NCBI GenBank assembly: GCA_035411585.1
Contig: DAONTI010000005.1
Location: 20,976-84,975, forward strand
DNA from: Verrucomicrobiota bacterium
GTDB lineage: Bacteria; Verrucomicrobiota; Verrucomicrobiia; Limisphaerales; MWDV01
Direction: 5' to 3'
DNA length: 64,000 nt
Part shown: piece by piece, positions 34,186 to 43,831 of the stretch
Position numbering within the stretch: position 1 is the first letter of the stretch
Layout of the letters: every line of letters begins with the position of its first letter
Notes under the pieces: model-generated
Database searches by the model: none
The model's input: only the letters and a program-made list of their open reading frames with translations
What the model was told of the DNA's origin: nothing
Program-made: the position numbers and the translations under genes

Positions 34186-36979
34186 ATTCGTATTGGCCCG
34201 AGCCGACGGTGAACACCGTGGCCCGGTCGGTTTTCCGCAACAAACGAACCCCGGGCGCACGTTCCGCAGGGCGGCCGCTTTCCGTGATCGTTGCGTCCGC
34301 CACGGCGGGAACATGCACTGTCGCGGTGGCGTTCGCGGGGATCGTCACGCGCAATTTGAATTCACTTCCGGTTTTCTCCCACGCGCTCGCCACCCGTCCG
34401 CGCACAGATTGATAACTGGCTTTCGCCCACTGCAAATCCCCGACGGGCTGTGGTTGGATGAGGATCTGGTCAAACCCCACCGCTTCGGGCGCGGGCGCGA
34501 TGCCGGCCAGCGCTTTGTAAAACCATTCACTGACCGAACCGAACATCGGGTGGTTGTGCGAATAGGTGTTGTCGCTGAACGCCCAATGTTCCCAGAGCGT
34601 GGTGGCCCCTTTTTCAAGCATGTAACCCCAGCCGGGAAACGTGCGTTGATTCACCATAGCATAGGCGGTATCAGCGCGACCGGCTTCGGTCAGTACGTGC
34701 AACAGATATTTGGTGCCGAAAATCCCGGTGGTGAGATGCCCATCCTGTGCGGCGATGTCGCGGAGCAATACCTCGAGCGCTTGGGATTTTTCCGCCGCTG
34801 GGACCAACCCATGATACAAGGCGAACGCCTGACAAGCTTGGGAGGCGATGTCGTAACGCCCCGTGCCGGCTTCCAGAAACTTCCGGTTGAACGCCGCTTG
34901 AATGTCCCGCAGTTGAGCCTCTGCGGCCAACGCGTCGCCGTCCCGCCCCAACGCCCGGGCCAGTTGCGCGAACAATTGGACGTTAAAATAATAAAACGCC
35001 GTGCCCGTCAGCGCGCGAGGTTTGGGGGCCAGACTTTCGTGATCGCTGATGCCGTTGTCGAGGATGCCATCCCGCGCTTGCTCGTGCAGCAGTGCAATCC
35101 AGCGTTTCGTCGCCGCGTAGTGTTCTTCGGCCAGGCGGTGCTCGCCGTAATACTGGCGGAGTTGCCAAAGCAACAGCGGCTGTGCGGTGCCCCACCCGAC
35201 GGGGCCGGATTGTTCTCCCAGACCTTCGTCGCTGATGCCGACGTAGGGTGCGGTTTCGGTGAACCCGCCGTTGGGGCGTACGTCGTCCACCAGGTCCTGC
35301 GCCGCCTTGGCATAAAACCGCGCCATGTCGAAATTCAACATCGCCATCTCGCTCGAAGTGACGATGTCCCCGCCGTACCCCAGTTTCTCGCGGTGCGGGC
35401 AGTCCGATTGCACGCTGAACAGGTTGGCCAACAATGTCCATTGCGTCATCTGTTGGATGCGGTTGAACATCGGGTTGGAACATTCAAACGATCCGACGGG
35501 GGTGACATCAGCATTGAGCCGCAGGCCTTCCAACGCTCCCAGAGTCGGTCGGCCGGGAAAGCCGGTGACCTCGACGTAACGGAATCCGTGAAAGGTAAAA
35601 CGCGGGGTGAAAATTTCAGTGCCCTGTCCCTTCAGGATATATTCATCGAGTTGAAACGCCGTCTTGGGTTGGCCCTGGCCCTCGTAGCGGTAATCTTTTC
35701 CACCGCCTTTGATCTGTCCGCACACCGCGGTCATGCCATTGAGCGTGCCGTCGTCGTACAGTAATTCGCCCGAGCGCAACCGGACCCGCGTTCCAGCCGG
35801 GCCTTTCACCCGCAAGCGCGCCCAACCCGCAAAATTTTGGCCGAAATCGAAAATGAACACGCCCGGCTGCGGTTCGGTGAGACGCACAGGCGCCAGCCGG
35901 CGGGTTACCCGGATGGGCGGGGCGTCTTGGGCGCGGAGCGGGCCGAGTTTGGGTTCGGTCGCGAGCACGGCGGATTCCCACGCCGCGTCATCAAACCCGG
36001 CTTGGTCCCAACCGGGTTGCTCGTGGCGGGCGTCATAGACTTCACCGAGAAAAATGCTGTTGCGTCGGATGGGGCCGTCGCCCACGCGCCAGGATTCGTC
36101 GGTGACAATGGTTTCGGTTGAACCGTCGGTGAACTCAATGACCAGTTGCAGCAGGGCGCGCGGTTCGCCAATGGTCAGGGCGTCGCGGGGATTGATCCGG
36201 CCCCACATGCGCAGCGGCAATGGATTGAACCAACCATTGCCCAGCATGAAGCCCACCGCGTTGCGCCCCCGTTTGAGTTGGGCGGTCACGTCGTAGGTGG
36301 AATACAACACGCGCCGGGAATAGCGGGTCCACCCGGGATCGAGCACTTGGTCGCCCACTTTAGCGCCGTTCAACCGGAGTTCGTAGTAACCCAGTCCGCT
36401 GACATAAGCGCGGGCCCGGGCCACTTTTTTATCGAGGGTGAATTCTTTGCGAAAGAGGGGCGCGGGATGGTCGTCGAACATGTGTTCTTCAGCCAGCGGC
36501 GCCGGCGCGGAACGCTGAATCCAATGCGCCTGCCAATCCTCCGGGGAAAGCAGCGCCATTTCAAACCAAGCGGGCGCGCTGGAGCGCGAAACTTTGCCGG
36601 CGGCGTCCCACGCGCGAACCTTCCACCAGACGCGTTGTCCGGGGCGCAACGATCGGCCCGCGTAGGGGACGTGAACGGACGCGCGCGAATGGACCTTGCC
36701 GCTGTCCCATAAATCAATCTCCCCGCGCGCCAGCCGGGCGGGACTGGAACTGACGAAAATTTGATAGGCGGTTTGGATTTCGCCGCGGCGTGAAGATTGA
36801 AGCCCCCAACTGAAACGCGGTTGAGGAGTGTCCAGTCCCAAAGGGTTCACCCGAGATTCGCAACGCAACTCGGTAATCGTCACATCGGCGCGGGCGTTTC
36901 CGCCGAAGCCGGGCAACCATCCCAAGAGACCGGCCAGCGCAAGCCACGCGGCAAAAGGAATAACTGGTGGCGTTTTCAT
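34172..36979 (-). CDS. alpha-L-rhamnosidase (GH78)
   Basis: 935 aa. GLGYYELRLNG, FHGFRYVEVTGFPG, DCPHREKLGYGGD, and the six-hairpin C-terminal region are typical GH78 blocks. It overlaps the sialidase-like gene's 3' end by 14 nt (convergent). Confidence 0.85.
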   Translation of the reverse strand: MKTPPVIPFAAWLALAGLLGWLPGFGGNARADVTITELRCESRVNPLGLDTPQPRFSWGLQSSRRGEIQTAYQIFVSSSPARLARGEIDLWDSGKVHSRASVHVPYAGRSLRPGQRVWWKVRAWDAAGKVSRSSAPAWFEMALLSPEDWQAHWIQRSAPAPLAEEHMFDDHPAPLFRKEFTLDKKVARARAYVSGLGYYELRLNGAKVGDQVLDPGWTRYSRRVLYSTYDVTAQLKRGRNAVGFMLGNGWFNPLPLRMWGRINPRDALTIGEPRALLQLVIEFTDGSTETIVTDESWRVGDGPIRRNSIFLGEVYDARHEQPGWDQAGFDDAAWESAVLATEPKLGPLRAQDAPPIRVTRRLAPVRLTEPQPGVFIFDFGQNFAGWARLRVKGPAGTRVRLRSGELLYDDGTLNGMTAVCGQIKGGGKDYRYEGQGQPKTAFQLDEYILKGQGTEIFTPRFTFHGFRYVEVTGFPGRPTLGALEGLRLNADVTPVGSFECSNPMFNRIQQMTQWTLLANLFSVQSDCPHREKLGYGGDIVTSSEMAMLNFDMARFYAKAAQDLVDDVRPNGGFTETAPYVGISDEGLGEQSGPVGWGTAQPLLLWQLRQYYGEHRLAEEHYAATKRWIALLHEQARDGILDNGISDHESLAPKPRALTGTAFYYFNVQLFAQLARALGRDGDALAAEAQLRDIQAAFNRKFLEAGTGRYDIASQACQAFALYHGLVPAAEKSQALEVLLRDIAAQDGHLTTGIFGTKYLLHVLTEAGRADTAYAMVNQRTFPGWGYMLEKGATTLWEHWAFSDNTYSHNHPMFGSVSEWFYKALAGIAPAPEAVGFDQILIQPQPVGDLQWAKASYQSVRGRVASAWEKTGSEFKLRVTIPANATATVHVPAVADATITESGRPAERAPGVRLLRKTDRATVFTVGSGQYEFKVR

Positions 36980-36997
36980 GTGAGGAGCAGGGCAGAC

Positions 36998-38569
36998 TTA
37001 ATCGGCGGCCGGCCGGAGATGCGCGCGCGCGTTCTTTTCCAGCCAGGCTTTCCACAATTCCAACTCGACGTACAGTTCCAGAAACACGCGCGCCCGGTGT
37101 TCATACAAGCCGGCCATCAGCCATTTTTTGTCGGAGCGCTCGTCCAGATACGCTCCCAAGCGGGCGGCGGAAACAACCACCGGCGCGAATGGATCGTCGG
37201 GGAGCGACTCATACCAGCCCACCCGGGTCAGGTCGCGGAAATACCACGGCAGGGGCCAGTAATCGCTGTCAGGAGCGGCGACTTTCACCAGCATGCGCGG
37301 ACCGTCCGGATGGATTTGCGCCAGTTGTTCCACTTGTTCCACCAAGCGCAGCAGATCGGGCGACGTTTGGGCATAGACATACGGGTTGCGCCAATCCGCA
37401 GCCCGCACAAAGTTCGCCTGCCACGTCTGCCAGCCCAGATGAATTCCCCCTGCCAGCAAGACGACGCTCAAGATGATTTTTGCCGGCAACGAACGGATCC
37501 ATTGAAACAAAGCCACCGTTCCCACGCCCGCCAACACGATCCAACCGTGCCAAAAACCGACGAGGCACCAAGGCGTTTTGTAAGCGATCAAACAATAGAT
37601 CGCGGTGAGCCCGAGGGTGTAAAGGGCCAGGATCCGGATCAACGGCACCCGGGCTTGGGACACGCCCCGTCGTGTGGCCGCGGCGAGCATGCCCACGCCG
37701 CCCAAAAGCAAAATCAAACCCTCGCTCCACCACAGCCCTTTGGGCCGGTGAAAGCACAAGAGCCGTTCCAGATAGAAATACCAGGGATGAATGTGCGGGG
37801 AATCGCCGGCGGCACGTTGCATCCAGGGAATATAAGTGCGCAGGGAATCAAGGGGGCCGGAGGGATTGGTGAGAAAAGAGGTGAACAACAGTTGCGATAG
37901 GACAATCGCCGCAGCCAGGGCGGCCACCAAAGGCCATCCCCAACACGCCCGCGCCCAAGCGCGCACGGTTTTCAAACCGCCTTCCCCCCACGCGGTCAAG
38001 ATCAGCGCCCCGACCAAGGCCACCAGACAGAAAATGAAGGTTTCTTTGGTGGCATACATCAGTCCCACGCCAGCGCCGGCGACGCCCGCCCACAGGATGC
38101 GCCGGGTTTGTGTCCATCGCCACGCGCCCACTCCTGCCAGCAGCGTAAAAAACGCCAGCAACATTTCGTGGATGTAATGCCGGCTGTAATAGACGAGGGC
38201 AGGGGAAAGCGCCGTCAACAACGCCGCCACGAGCGCGGCCCGCCGCCCCAAACCGTCCGCGAGTCCCGCCAATAAAAGAATCAACCCCACGCCGAACAAA
38301 GCCGGCGTGAGGCGAAGTGTGGTTTCGCGCAGGGCGCTGAAGCTGCGCGTGCCGCTTAGCCAGAGCAGCGGCAGATTGGCATAGTAAAGCGTCGGCCCGT
38401 GGTATTCGTGGGGATTGTAACGGTAGCGTTTATCGCTCCAGTAATCGCTGAGCCGGATGGCGTTGACCGCCTCATCCGAGTGCAACGGCCGCACCGCCAA
38501 CCGGGTGCTGCGAATTCCCAGTCCCGCGACGGCTACGAGGCAGAGGGCCAACGCCCAGCCGCGGTTCAT
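36998..38569 (-). CDS. membrane glycosyltransferase, PMT/ArnT-like (TIGR03663-type)
   Basis: About 13 TM segments. The N-terminal LHSDEAVNAI..YRYNPHEYHGPTLYY matches the TIGR03663/GT39-like motif (recalled). Confidence 0.65.
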   Translation of the reverse strand: MNRGWALALCLVAVAGLGIRSTRLAVRPLHSDEAVNAIRLSDYWSDKRYRYNPHEYHGPTLYYANLPLLWLSGTRSFSALRETTLRLTPALFGVGLILLLAGLADGLGRRAALVAALLTALSPALVYYSRHYIHEMLLAFFTLLAGVGAWRWTQTRRILWAGVAGAGVGLMYATKETFIFCLVALVGALILTAWGEGGLKTVRAWARACWGWPLVAALAAAIVLSQLLFTSFLTNPSGPLDSLRTYIPWMQRAAGDSPHIHPWYFYLERLLCFHRPKGLWWSEGLILLLGGVGMLAAATRRGVSQARVPLIRILALYTLGLTAIYCLIAYKTPWCLVGFWHGWIVLAGVGTVALFQWIRSLPAKIILSVVLLAGGIHLGWQTWQANFVRAADWRNPYVYAQTSPDLLRLVEQVEQLAQIHPDGPRMLVKVAAPDSDYWPLPWYFRDLTRVGWYESLPDDPFAPVVVSAARLGAYLDERSDKKWLMAGLYEHRARVFLELYVELELWKAWLEKNARAHLRPAAD

Positions 38570-39264
38570 GGGGCCGGCAGCGCGTAAACCTCCAGTTCCT
38601 GCCAGCAGTTGAGCGCGCTCAGGCTGCTGCCGTTAGTGTAGGCCCGCACGTAACGCCCCTTCACACCCTTCGCATCCACGATTTTTCCTTCGTGGGTTTC
38701 AAAATACTCGCGGTCGGTGCCCACGCCCAAGCCGGAGGAATTGTCCACGTCATTATTGAAGACGGTCGTCACGTGATCTTTGAATTCCGGATCCGCCGAC
38801 ACCTGCACAATGACATCGCGCATCACCTGGATGTACCGGTGATCGTGCCACATGACGATGGCATGGATGGCGTAGGTCTGGCCCAAGTCCACCTGTACCC
38901 ATTGGGTGCCTTTCTTCATCTCAACCGCGTCATAATCAAACGCCTCTTTTTGGCCGTCGGTGATCTGATTAAGTTCGCCTTGGAATGGCTTGACGCTGCT
39001 GGTGACCGGTTTGTTGAGGGCCACGTTCTTCACGCCCTTGGCGGTCATGAACGGCGGACGCGGCTTGTCGGAAAGCGGTTCAATCGTTGCGCCCGTGGGC
39101 AAGTCTTCCGGGGTGCCTTTGAGCGTGGGCGCGGGCAGAGTGAGGTTCAAAACTTCTTGGTCATCGGCCGCCGCCGCGGAAAAAGCGGTCAACAAGAGAT
39201 GCACGGCCATACCGGTGGCGACGAGCGCTGAAAGTTTACCAAAGAGATGCAGCTTCATTTTCAT
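38566..39264 (-). CDS. secreted F5/8 type C (discoidin) domain protein
   Basis: Signal peptide, then NKPVTSS..ITDGQKE..WVQVDLGQTYAIHAIVMWH..YVRAY. The stop overlaps the glycosyltransferase start (4 nt). Confidence 0.7.
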   Translation of the reverse strand: MKMKLHLFGKLSALVATGMAVHLLLTAFSAAAADDQEVLNLTLPAPTLKGTPEDLPTGATIEPLSDKPRPPFMTAKGVKNVALNKPVTSSVKPFQGELNQITDGQKEAFDYDAVEMKKGTQWVQVDLGQTYAIHAIVMWHDHRYIQVMRDVIVQVSADPEFKDHVTTVFNNDVDNSSGLGVGTDREYFETHEGKIVDAKGVKGRYVRAYTNGSSLSALNCWQELEVYALPAP

Positions 39265-39673
39265 TATATTCTCAACGTTTCAAATATCCCTATCTGGATA
39301 ACGGATATGTCCGCCGACCGAAAGACAATTTTCCGCACCGGCCCGACATCTTTCAGACGGTAAAAGCCGCTTCATTATTCGGCGGTCGCCCTTGCCGCGC
39401 CTTGGGATCGTGGGTTTTGCCGGGGTTGGTTGAACCGTAATTTTAACGAGGACCGGGTTAGGCCACAGGAGGTGATACCCAGCCGCCGGAGCAAAGACGC
39501 TTGTCATCCGCGCCCCGACGGCGCAAGGTAGGGCCGACCGAACGGGGCAACCATGATCACAACGTCGCGTTCCCTTGATGTGGGTGAAATCCGGCGGATT
39601 CGCCGCCGGAAGACAATTGCGGGGTCAACAACCCGCCGGTCATGAAGTATTATCAACCCGAAGTCGCTTTCGC

Positions 39674-41269
39674 ATGAAACACGCAACCCTGAGCCAACGA
39701 CTCCGCAGCCCGGTCTACCTGATGGTAGGTTTTCTTCTGCTGGGCATGGGCTGTGCGCTCTGGACCCAGCATCGGTACGCCCAGGCGCAACACCGGGTGG
39801 AAGATCTCGCCACCCTGGCACACCGGGTCCATTTTGACCTGTTACAGATGAGCGAATCCCTGCGGGGGTTGCTGCTGGATCCGCACAGTGTGACGGAGCA
39901 AAAACGGCGCCGCGACGCCGAGGACGATCTCGTGAGAACCCTCAATGACATTGAGACGCGGTTTCCCCATCAACCCGACCTGATCAGCCGCGTGCGCACC
40001 CTGCGCGAGTATGCGGAGAAACATCTGGCCGTCTTCCAAACCCAGGTGCTGCGGGAGCTGGAGAATAATCCCGAAAAAGCCTTGGAATGGTACACCCAAA
40101 AACGCGCGGAAACCATCCGGTTGCGCGACCGGTATCTCCAGGATTTTGCCGAACGGGTGGCAGTGGTGAAATCGCAGGAAACGGACGCTGGGCGCAAAGC
40201 CACGGTGTTGGGTACGGTGGGGGTGTTGGTCGCCCTTCTGCTCGCCGGGTTGACCGTGCATATGCATGCCCGCGCCCTGATGCGGCCGTTGGGGGAATTA
40301 AGCGCCGCACTGGAGCGCATGCGCCAGGGGGATTTCAGCCAGCGCATCCAATGGCACCGCACCGATCAATACGGTGTCATTGGCGAGGGATTGAACCGGC
40401 TGGCGGATGACCTCTCGAAGCTCGTCGGCCAAGTGCAACGGTCGGGCATCCAAGTGAACACCACCATCACCGAAGTCTCCGCCACCTCCCGCGAGCAACA
40501 GAGCACCACCACCGCCATCGCCGCCACCACCGTCGAAATCGGCGCCACTTCCAAGGAGATTTCGGCCACGTCCCGCGAACTGGTGCAGACCATGAGCGAG
40601 GTGGCCGATGTGGCCGGTGAAACCGCCCACCTGGCCAACCGCGGCCAGACCGCCCTTACCCGCATGGAGGCCATCATGCGCGAAATCATGGAAGCCTCCG
40701 GCGGTGTCACCGCCAAGCTGGCTGTGCTGAACGAGAAAACCACCAACATCAACTCCGTGGTCACGACCATTACCAAGGTCGCGGATCAAACCAATCTGCT
40801 CTCGCTCAACGCGGCCATTGAAGCGGAGAAAGCCGGGGAGTACGGACTGGGGTTTGCGGTGGTGGCCATGGAAATCCGCCGGCTCGCCGATCAAACCGCA
40901 GTGGCCACGTACGACATCGAAAAGATGGTCAAAGAGATGCAATCCGCCGTGGCGGCGGGGGTGATGGGAATGGACAAATTTTCCGAGGACGTGCGGCGTG
41001 GCGCGGCGGAAATCCGTCAGGTCAGCATTCAACTGGCGCAAATCATTCATCAGGTCCAAACCCTGACGCCGCGGTTCCAAACCGTAAACGAAGGGATGCA
41101 AACCCAGGCCGCCGGCGCGCAACAGATCAGCGAAACCCTGGTGCAACTCAGTGAATCAGCCCATCAAACCGCCGAATCTCTGCGCCAGTCCAATCTGGCC
41201 ATCGAACAATTGAACGAAGCCGCCCGGACACTGCAAGCCAGTGTGGCGCGGTTTAAGCTGGAGTCTTAG
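39674..41269 (+). CDS. methyl-accepting chemotaxis protein (WspA position)
   Basis: Two TM helices flank a ~170-aa helical periplasmic domain, then HAMP, then the signalling hairpin [34 protein letters not shown]. Confidence 0.9.
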   Translation: MKHATLSQRLRSPVYLMVGFLLLGMGCALWTQHRYAQAQHRVEDLATLAHRVHFDLLQMSESLRGLLLDPHSVTEQKRRRDAEDDLVRTLNDIETRFPHQPDLISRVRTLREYAEKHLAVFQTQVLRELENNPEKALEWYTQKRAETIRLRDRYLQDFAERVAVVKSQETDAGRKATVLGTVGVLVALLLAGLTVHMHARALMRPLGELSAALERMRQGDFSQRIQWHRTDQYGVIGEGLNRLADDLSKLVGQVQRSGIQVNTTITEVSATSREQQSTTTAIAATTVEIGATSKEISATSRELVQTMSEVADVAGETAHLANRGQTALTRMEAIMREIMEASGGVTAKLAVLNEKTTNINSVVTTITKVADQTNLLSLNAAIEAEKAGEYGLGFAVVAMEIRRLADQTAVATYDIEKMVKEMQSAVAAGVMGMDKFSEDVRRGAAEIRQVSIQLAQIIHQVQTLTPRFQTVNEGMQTQAAGAQQISETLVQLSESAHQTAESLRQSNLAIEQLNEAARTLQASVARFKLES

Positions 41270-41271
41270 GC

Positions 41272-41781
41272 GTGTTGTTCCTCCAGTTCCAACTCGACGA
41301 CGACCGCTTCGTCCTGGACGCGGGCCGCGTGGCCGAGGTGTTGCCGTTGGTGGAACTCCGGCGGCTGCCGCAGTCGCCGCCCGAGGTGGCCGGCCTGTGT
41401 AATTACCGCGGGCAACCGGTGCCCGTGCTGGATTTGGCGCGATTGCTCCTGGGCCGTCCGGCGCGGGAAGCGTTGAGCACCCGCATCCTCGTGCTGCATC
41501 ACCGCGCGGCGGTGGATCAGCCGGCCTTGCTCGGGGTGATCGTCGAGCAGGCCACCGAAATCTTCCGCCGCGATCCCCGGGAGTTCACCACCGGCGCCGT
41601 GCCGGGGTTGGGACCCGTGTTGACCGACAGCCAGGGCATGATCCAATGGATTGATCCGGAACAGTTGGTGCCCGCCCATCTGCACGCGCGGCTGTTGCCT
41701 CCCACCATTCCGAAGACGGCATCCGTTGCGGCGTCGGGCGACGGCGTCACCGTCAATCACGCAGGAGATGAAACGGATTGA
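41272..41781 (+). CDS. cheW: CheW-like coupling protein (WspB position)
   Basis: GTG start 2 nt after the MCP stop. The FVLDAGRVAEVLPLVELRRLPQSPPEVAGLCNYRGQPVPVLDL pattern is CheW-like. Confidence 0.8.
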   Translation: MLFLQFQLDDDRFVLDAGRVAEVLPLVELRRLPQSPPEVAGLCNYRGQPVPVLDLARLLLGRPAREALSTRILVLHHRAAVDQPALLGVIVEQATEIFRRDPREFTTGAVPGLGPVLTDSQGMIQWIDPEQLVPAHLHARLLPPTIPKTASVAASGDGVTVNHAGDETD

Positions 41782-43111
41782 ACAATGGTTGCGTGATCGC
41801 ATGGGGATGGACTTTAACACCGTCGGTCCGGCGGTGTTGGAGCGCACGGTGCGGCAGCGCATGCGGCTGCGAGGGGTAACCTCTCTGCGGGAGTATTATG
41901 CGGTGCTGACGGATTCCACCGCGGAAGCGGAGGAGTTGATTGAACTGGCGGTGGTCCCCGAGACATGGTTTTTCCGCGACCCGGAAGCGTTTCGGGCGCT
42001 TACCCAACTGGCCCGCACCGCCCTCGACATAACGACCTTTGGACCGGCCCGCGGACGCCCAGCGCGCGGGGCTGCCGCTGGAAATGCGAACGGCGAAGGG
42101 GAGGTTGCCGGTCGCGCCCGGGGTACGCCGGCGCCGCCGCCGCGTCGGCTGCGGGTGTTAAGTATTCCCTGTGCCACCGGCGAGGAAGCTTACTCGCTGA
42201 CGATGGCGCTTTTAGATGGCGGCATTCCCGCAACACAGTTTCAGGTGGATGCTGTGGATCTGAGCCAGCGGGCATTGACGACCGCTCAGCGCGCGGTGTA
42301 TGGGCGCAATTCTTTTCGCGGCAAAGACCTGGCTTTTCGTGATCGCTATTTTGAACGCGTGAAAGACGGCTTTGCGCTGAACGCCAATGTGCAGGGTTGC
42401 GTGTGCTTTTCCCGCGGCAACATCCTCGATCCCGGATTGCTGGCCGGCCAGCCGCCGTACGACTTTGTGTTCTGCCGCAATTTGCTCATCTATTTTGATG
42501 GAGCGGCGCGGACGCGTGCCTTGGAGCGATTGACCGCGCTGGTGAGCGCGACTGGATTTTTGTTTGTCGGCGCGGCGGAGCTGCCCTTGGTCGTCAATTA
42601 TGGCTTTGAATCCGCCCGTCTCCCCATGGCCTTTGCGTGTCGGAAATCAATCCCGCATGCTGCTCATTCGCACGATCAAGCTGGCGAGAGTTCCGGCGCG
42701 AGCATTTCCTTGCGGGCCCCCGTGCGGAAAGCGGCTTCGCTTCAGAAGGGGAAAAACGCCGTCGAAAAACCAGCCGCGCACCCGGCGCACGCCGGCGATC
42801 CGGGCCCCGCCGAGCTCCTGGAGACGGCGCGTCGCCTGGCGAATGCCGGTCAGTTGCGCGAGGCCGCCGAACTGTGCGAACGCCATCTCGAAGTGTATGG
42901 GGTTTCCTCGGAGGTTTATTATCTCCTGGGACTGATTGAGGACGCGCAAGGGCGGGCCGGGGCCGCCCAGTATTATCGCAAGGCCCTCTATCTGGACCCG
43001 AATCATGGCGAATGCCTGGTGCAAATGGCGCTGTTATGTCAGCGGCAGGGCGACATGCGCGGCGCCCGGGTTTTCCAGCGCCGGGCCGAACACGTTCAGC
43101 AACGTCCTTGA
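41768..43111 (+). CDS. cheR: CheR-type MCP methyltransferase with C-terminal TPR (WspC position)
   Basis: ETWFFRD, SIPCATGEEAYS, FCRNLLIYF (SAM-MTase), C-terminal TPR (YYLLGLIEDAQGRAGAAQYYRKALYLDPNH). The ATG at 41768 overlaps cheW by 14 nt. Confidence 0.85.
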   Translation: MKRIEQWLRDRMGMDFNTVGPAVLERTVRQRMRLRGVTSLREYYAVLTDSTAEAEELIELAVVPETWFFRDPEAFRALTQLARTALDITTFGPARGRPARGAAAGNANGEGEVAGRARGTPAPPPRRLRVLSIPCATGEEAYSLTMALLDGGIPATQFQVDAVDLSQRALTTAQRAVYGRNSFRGKDLAFRDRYFERVKDGFALNANVQGCVCFSRGNILDPGLLAGQPPYDFVFCRNLLIYFDGAARTRALERLTALVSATGFLFVGAAELPLVVNYGFESARLPMAFACRKSIPHAAHSHDQAGESSGASISLRAPVRKAASLQKGKNAVEKPAAHPAHAGDPGPAELLETARRLANAGQLREAAELCERHLEVYGVSSEVYYLLGLIEDAQGRAGAAQYYRKALYLDPNHGECLVQMALLCQRQGDMRGARVFQRRAEHVQQRP

Positions 43112-43117
43112 TCGCGC

Positions 43118-43831
43118 ATGGCTCCGCCTTCCGCCAAATCCTCCTTGCCGGCGCCACCCGCGCCCGCTTCCGCGCTCACGCCGTTGGATGAGTGTTGGCA
43201 TCGAATCGGCGTTTACGGGGATGGGTCCTGCCCCGAACTGGCGCGGCAGGTGCATTGTCGAAATTGCCCCACGTTTACCCGGGCGGCGGCCGGATTGCTT
43301 AATCGCGACCTGCCCGTCGGGTATCGGCAACAGTGGGCGGCGCACTATGCGCAGGCCAAACATCGCGCGGCGCCGTGGGATATTTCCACGGTCATCTTCC
43401 GGCTCGGCACGGAATGGTTTGCGCTGGACACGGTTTTGTTGCAGGAAATCGCGGAGGACCGTCCCATGCACACGCTGCCGCATCGGCGGCGGGGGGTGGT
43501 CTTGGGGGTGGTCAACATCCGGGGGGAATTGCTACTGCTGGTTTCGCTGGCGCGGTTGCTCCAACCTCACGCGCCCGGCGCGGAGGAGTTCACGGCCCGT
43601 TGTTGCCCCTGCGTGCTGGTGGTCCACGCACAGGGAAATCGGTTTGCGTTTGCCGTGGATGAGACGCCGGGGGTGCAGCGCTTTCATCAAACAGACCTGA
43701 TGCCGCCGCCGGTCACTGCCACCCAGGCCGTCCGCACGTTTACCCGCGGCTTGCTGCGTTGGAACGGGCATTCCGTGGGCTGGCTCGATGCCGACGCTCT
43801 GTTGTTTCACCTCAACCGCAGTCTCGCGTGA
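43118..43831 (+). CDS. cheW: CheW-like protein with N-terminal four-Cys motif (WspD position)
   Basis: CheW fold (FRLGTEWFALDTVLLQEI..VVNIRGELLLLVSL) preceded by CWHRIGVYGDGSCPELARQVHCRNC. Confidence 0.8.
   Translation: MAPPSAKSSLPAPPAPASALTPLDECWHRIGVYGDGSCPELARQVHCRNCPTFTRAAAGLLNRDLPVGYRQQWAAHYAQAKHRAAPWDISTVIFRLGTEWFALDTVLLQEIAEDRPMHTLPHRRRGVVLGVVNIRGELLLLVSLARLLQPHAPGAEEFTARCCPCVLVVHAQGNRFAFAVDETPGVQRFHQTDLMPPPVTATQAVRTFTRGLLRWNGHSVGWLDADALLFHLNRSLA

Noticed and set aside
34139-35764. 541-aa plus-strand ORF, and the 367-aa ORF at 36797..37900
   Set aside because: They are antisense to the GH78 rhamnosidase and the membrane glycosyltransferase respectively, have low-complexity Arg/Gly/Pro composition, and show no motifs.
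39265-39673. 409-bp divergent region upstream of the chemosensory operon as an sRNA or riboswitch locus
   Set aside because: Only short stems (for example CCGGCGG-ATTCG-CCGCCGG at about 39592..39610) and an AT-rich patch next to the discoidin gene start. That is consistent with two divergent promoters and nothing more specific.
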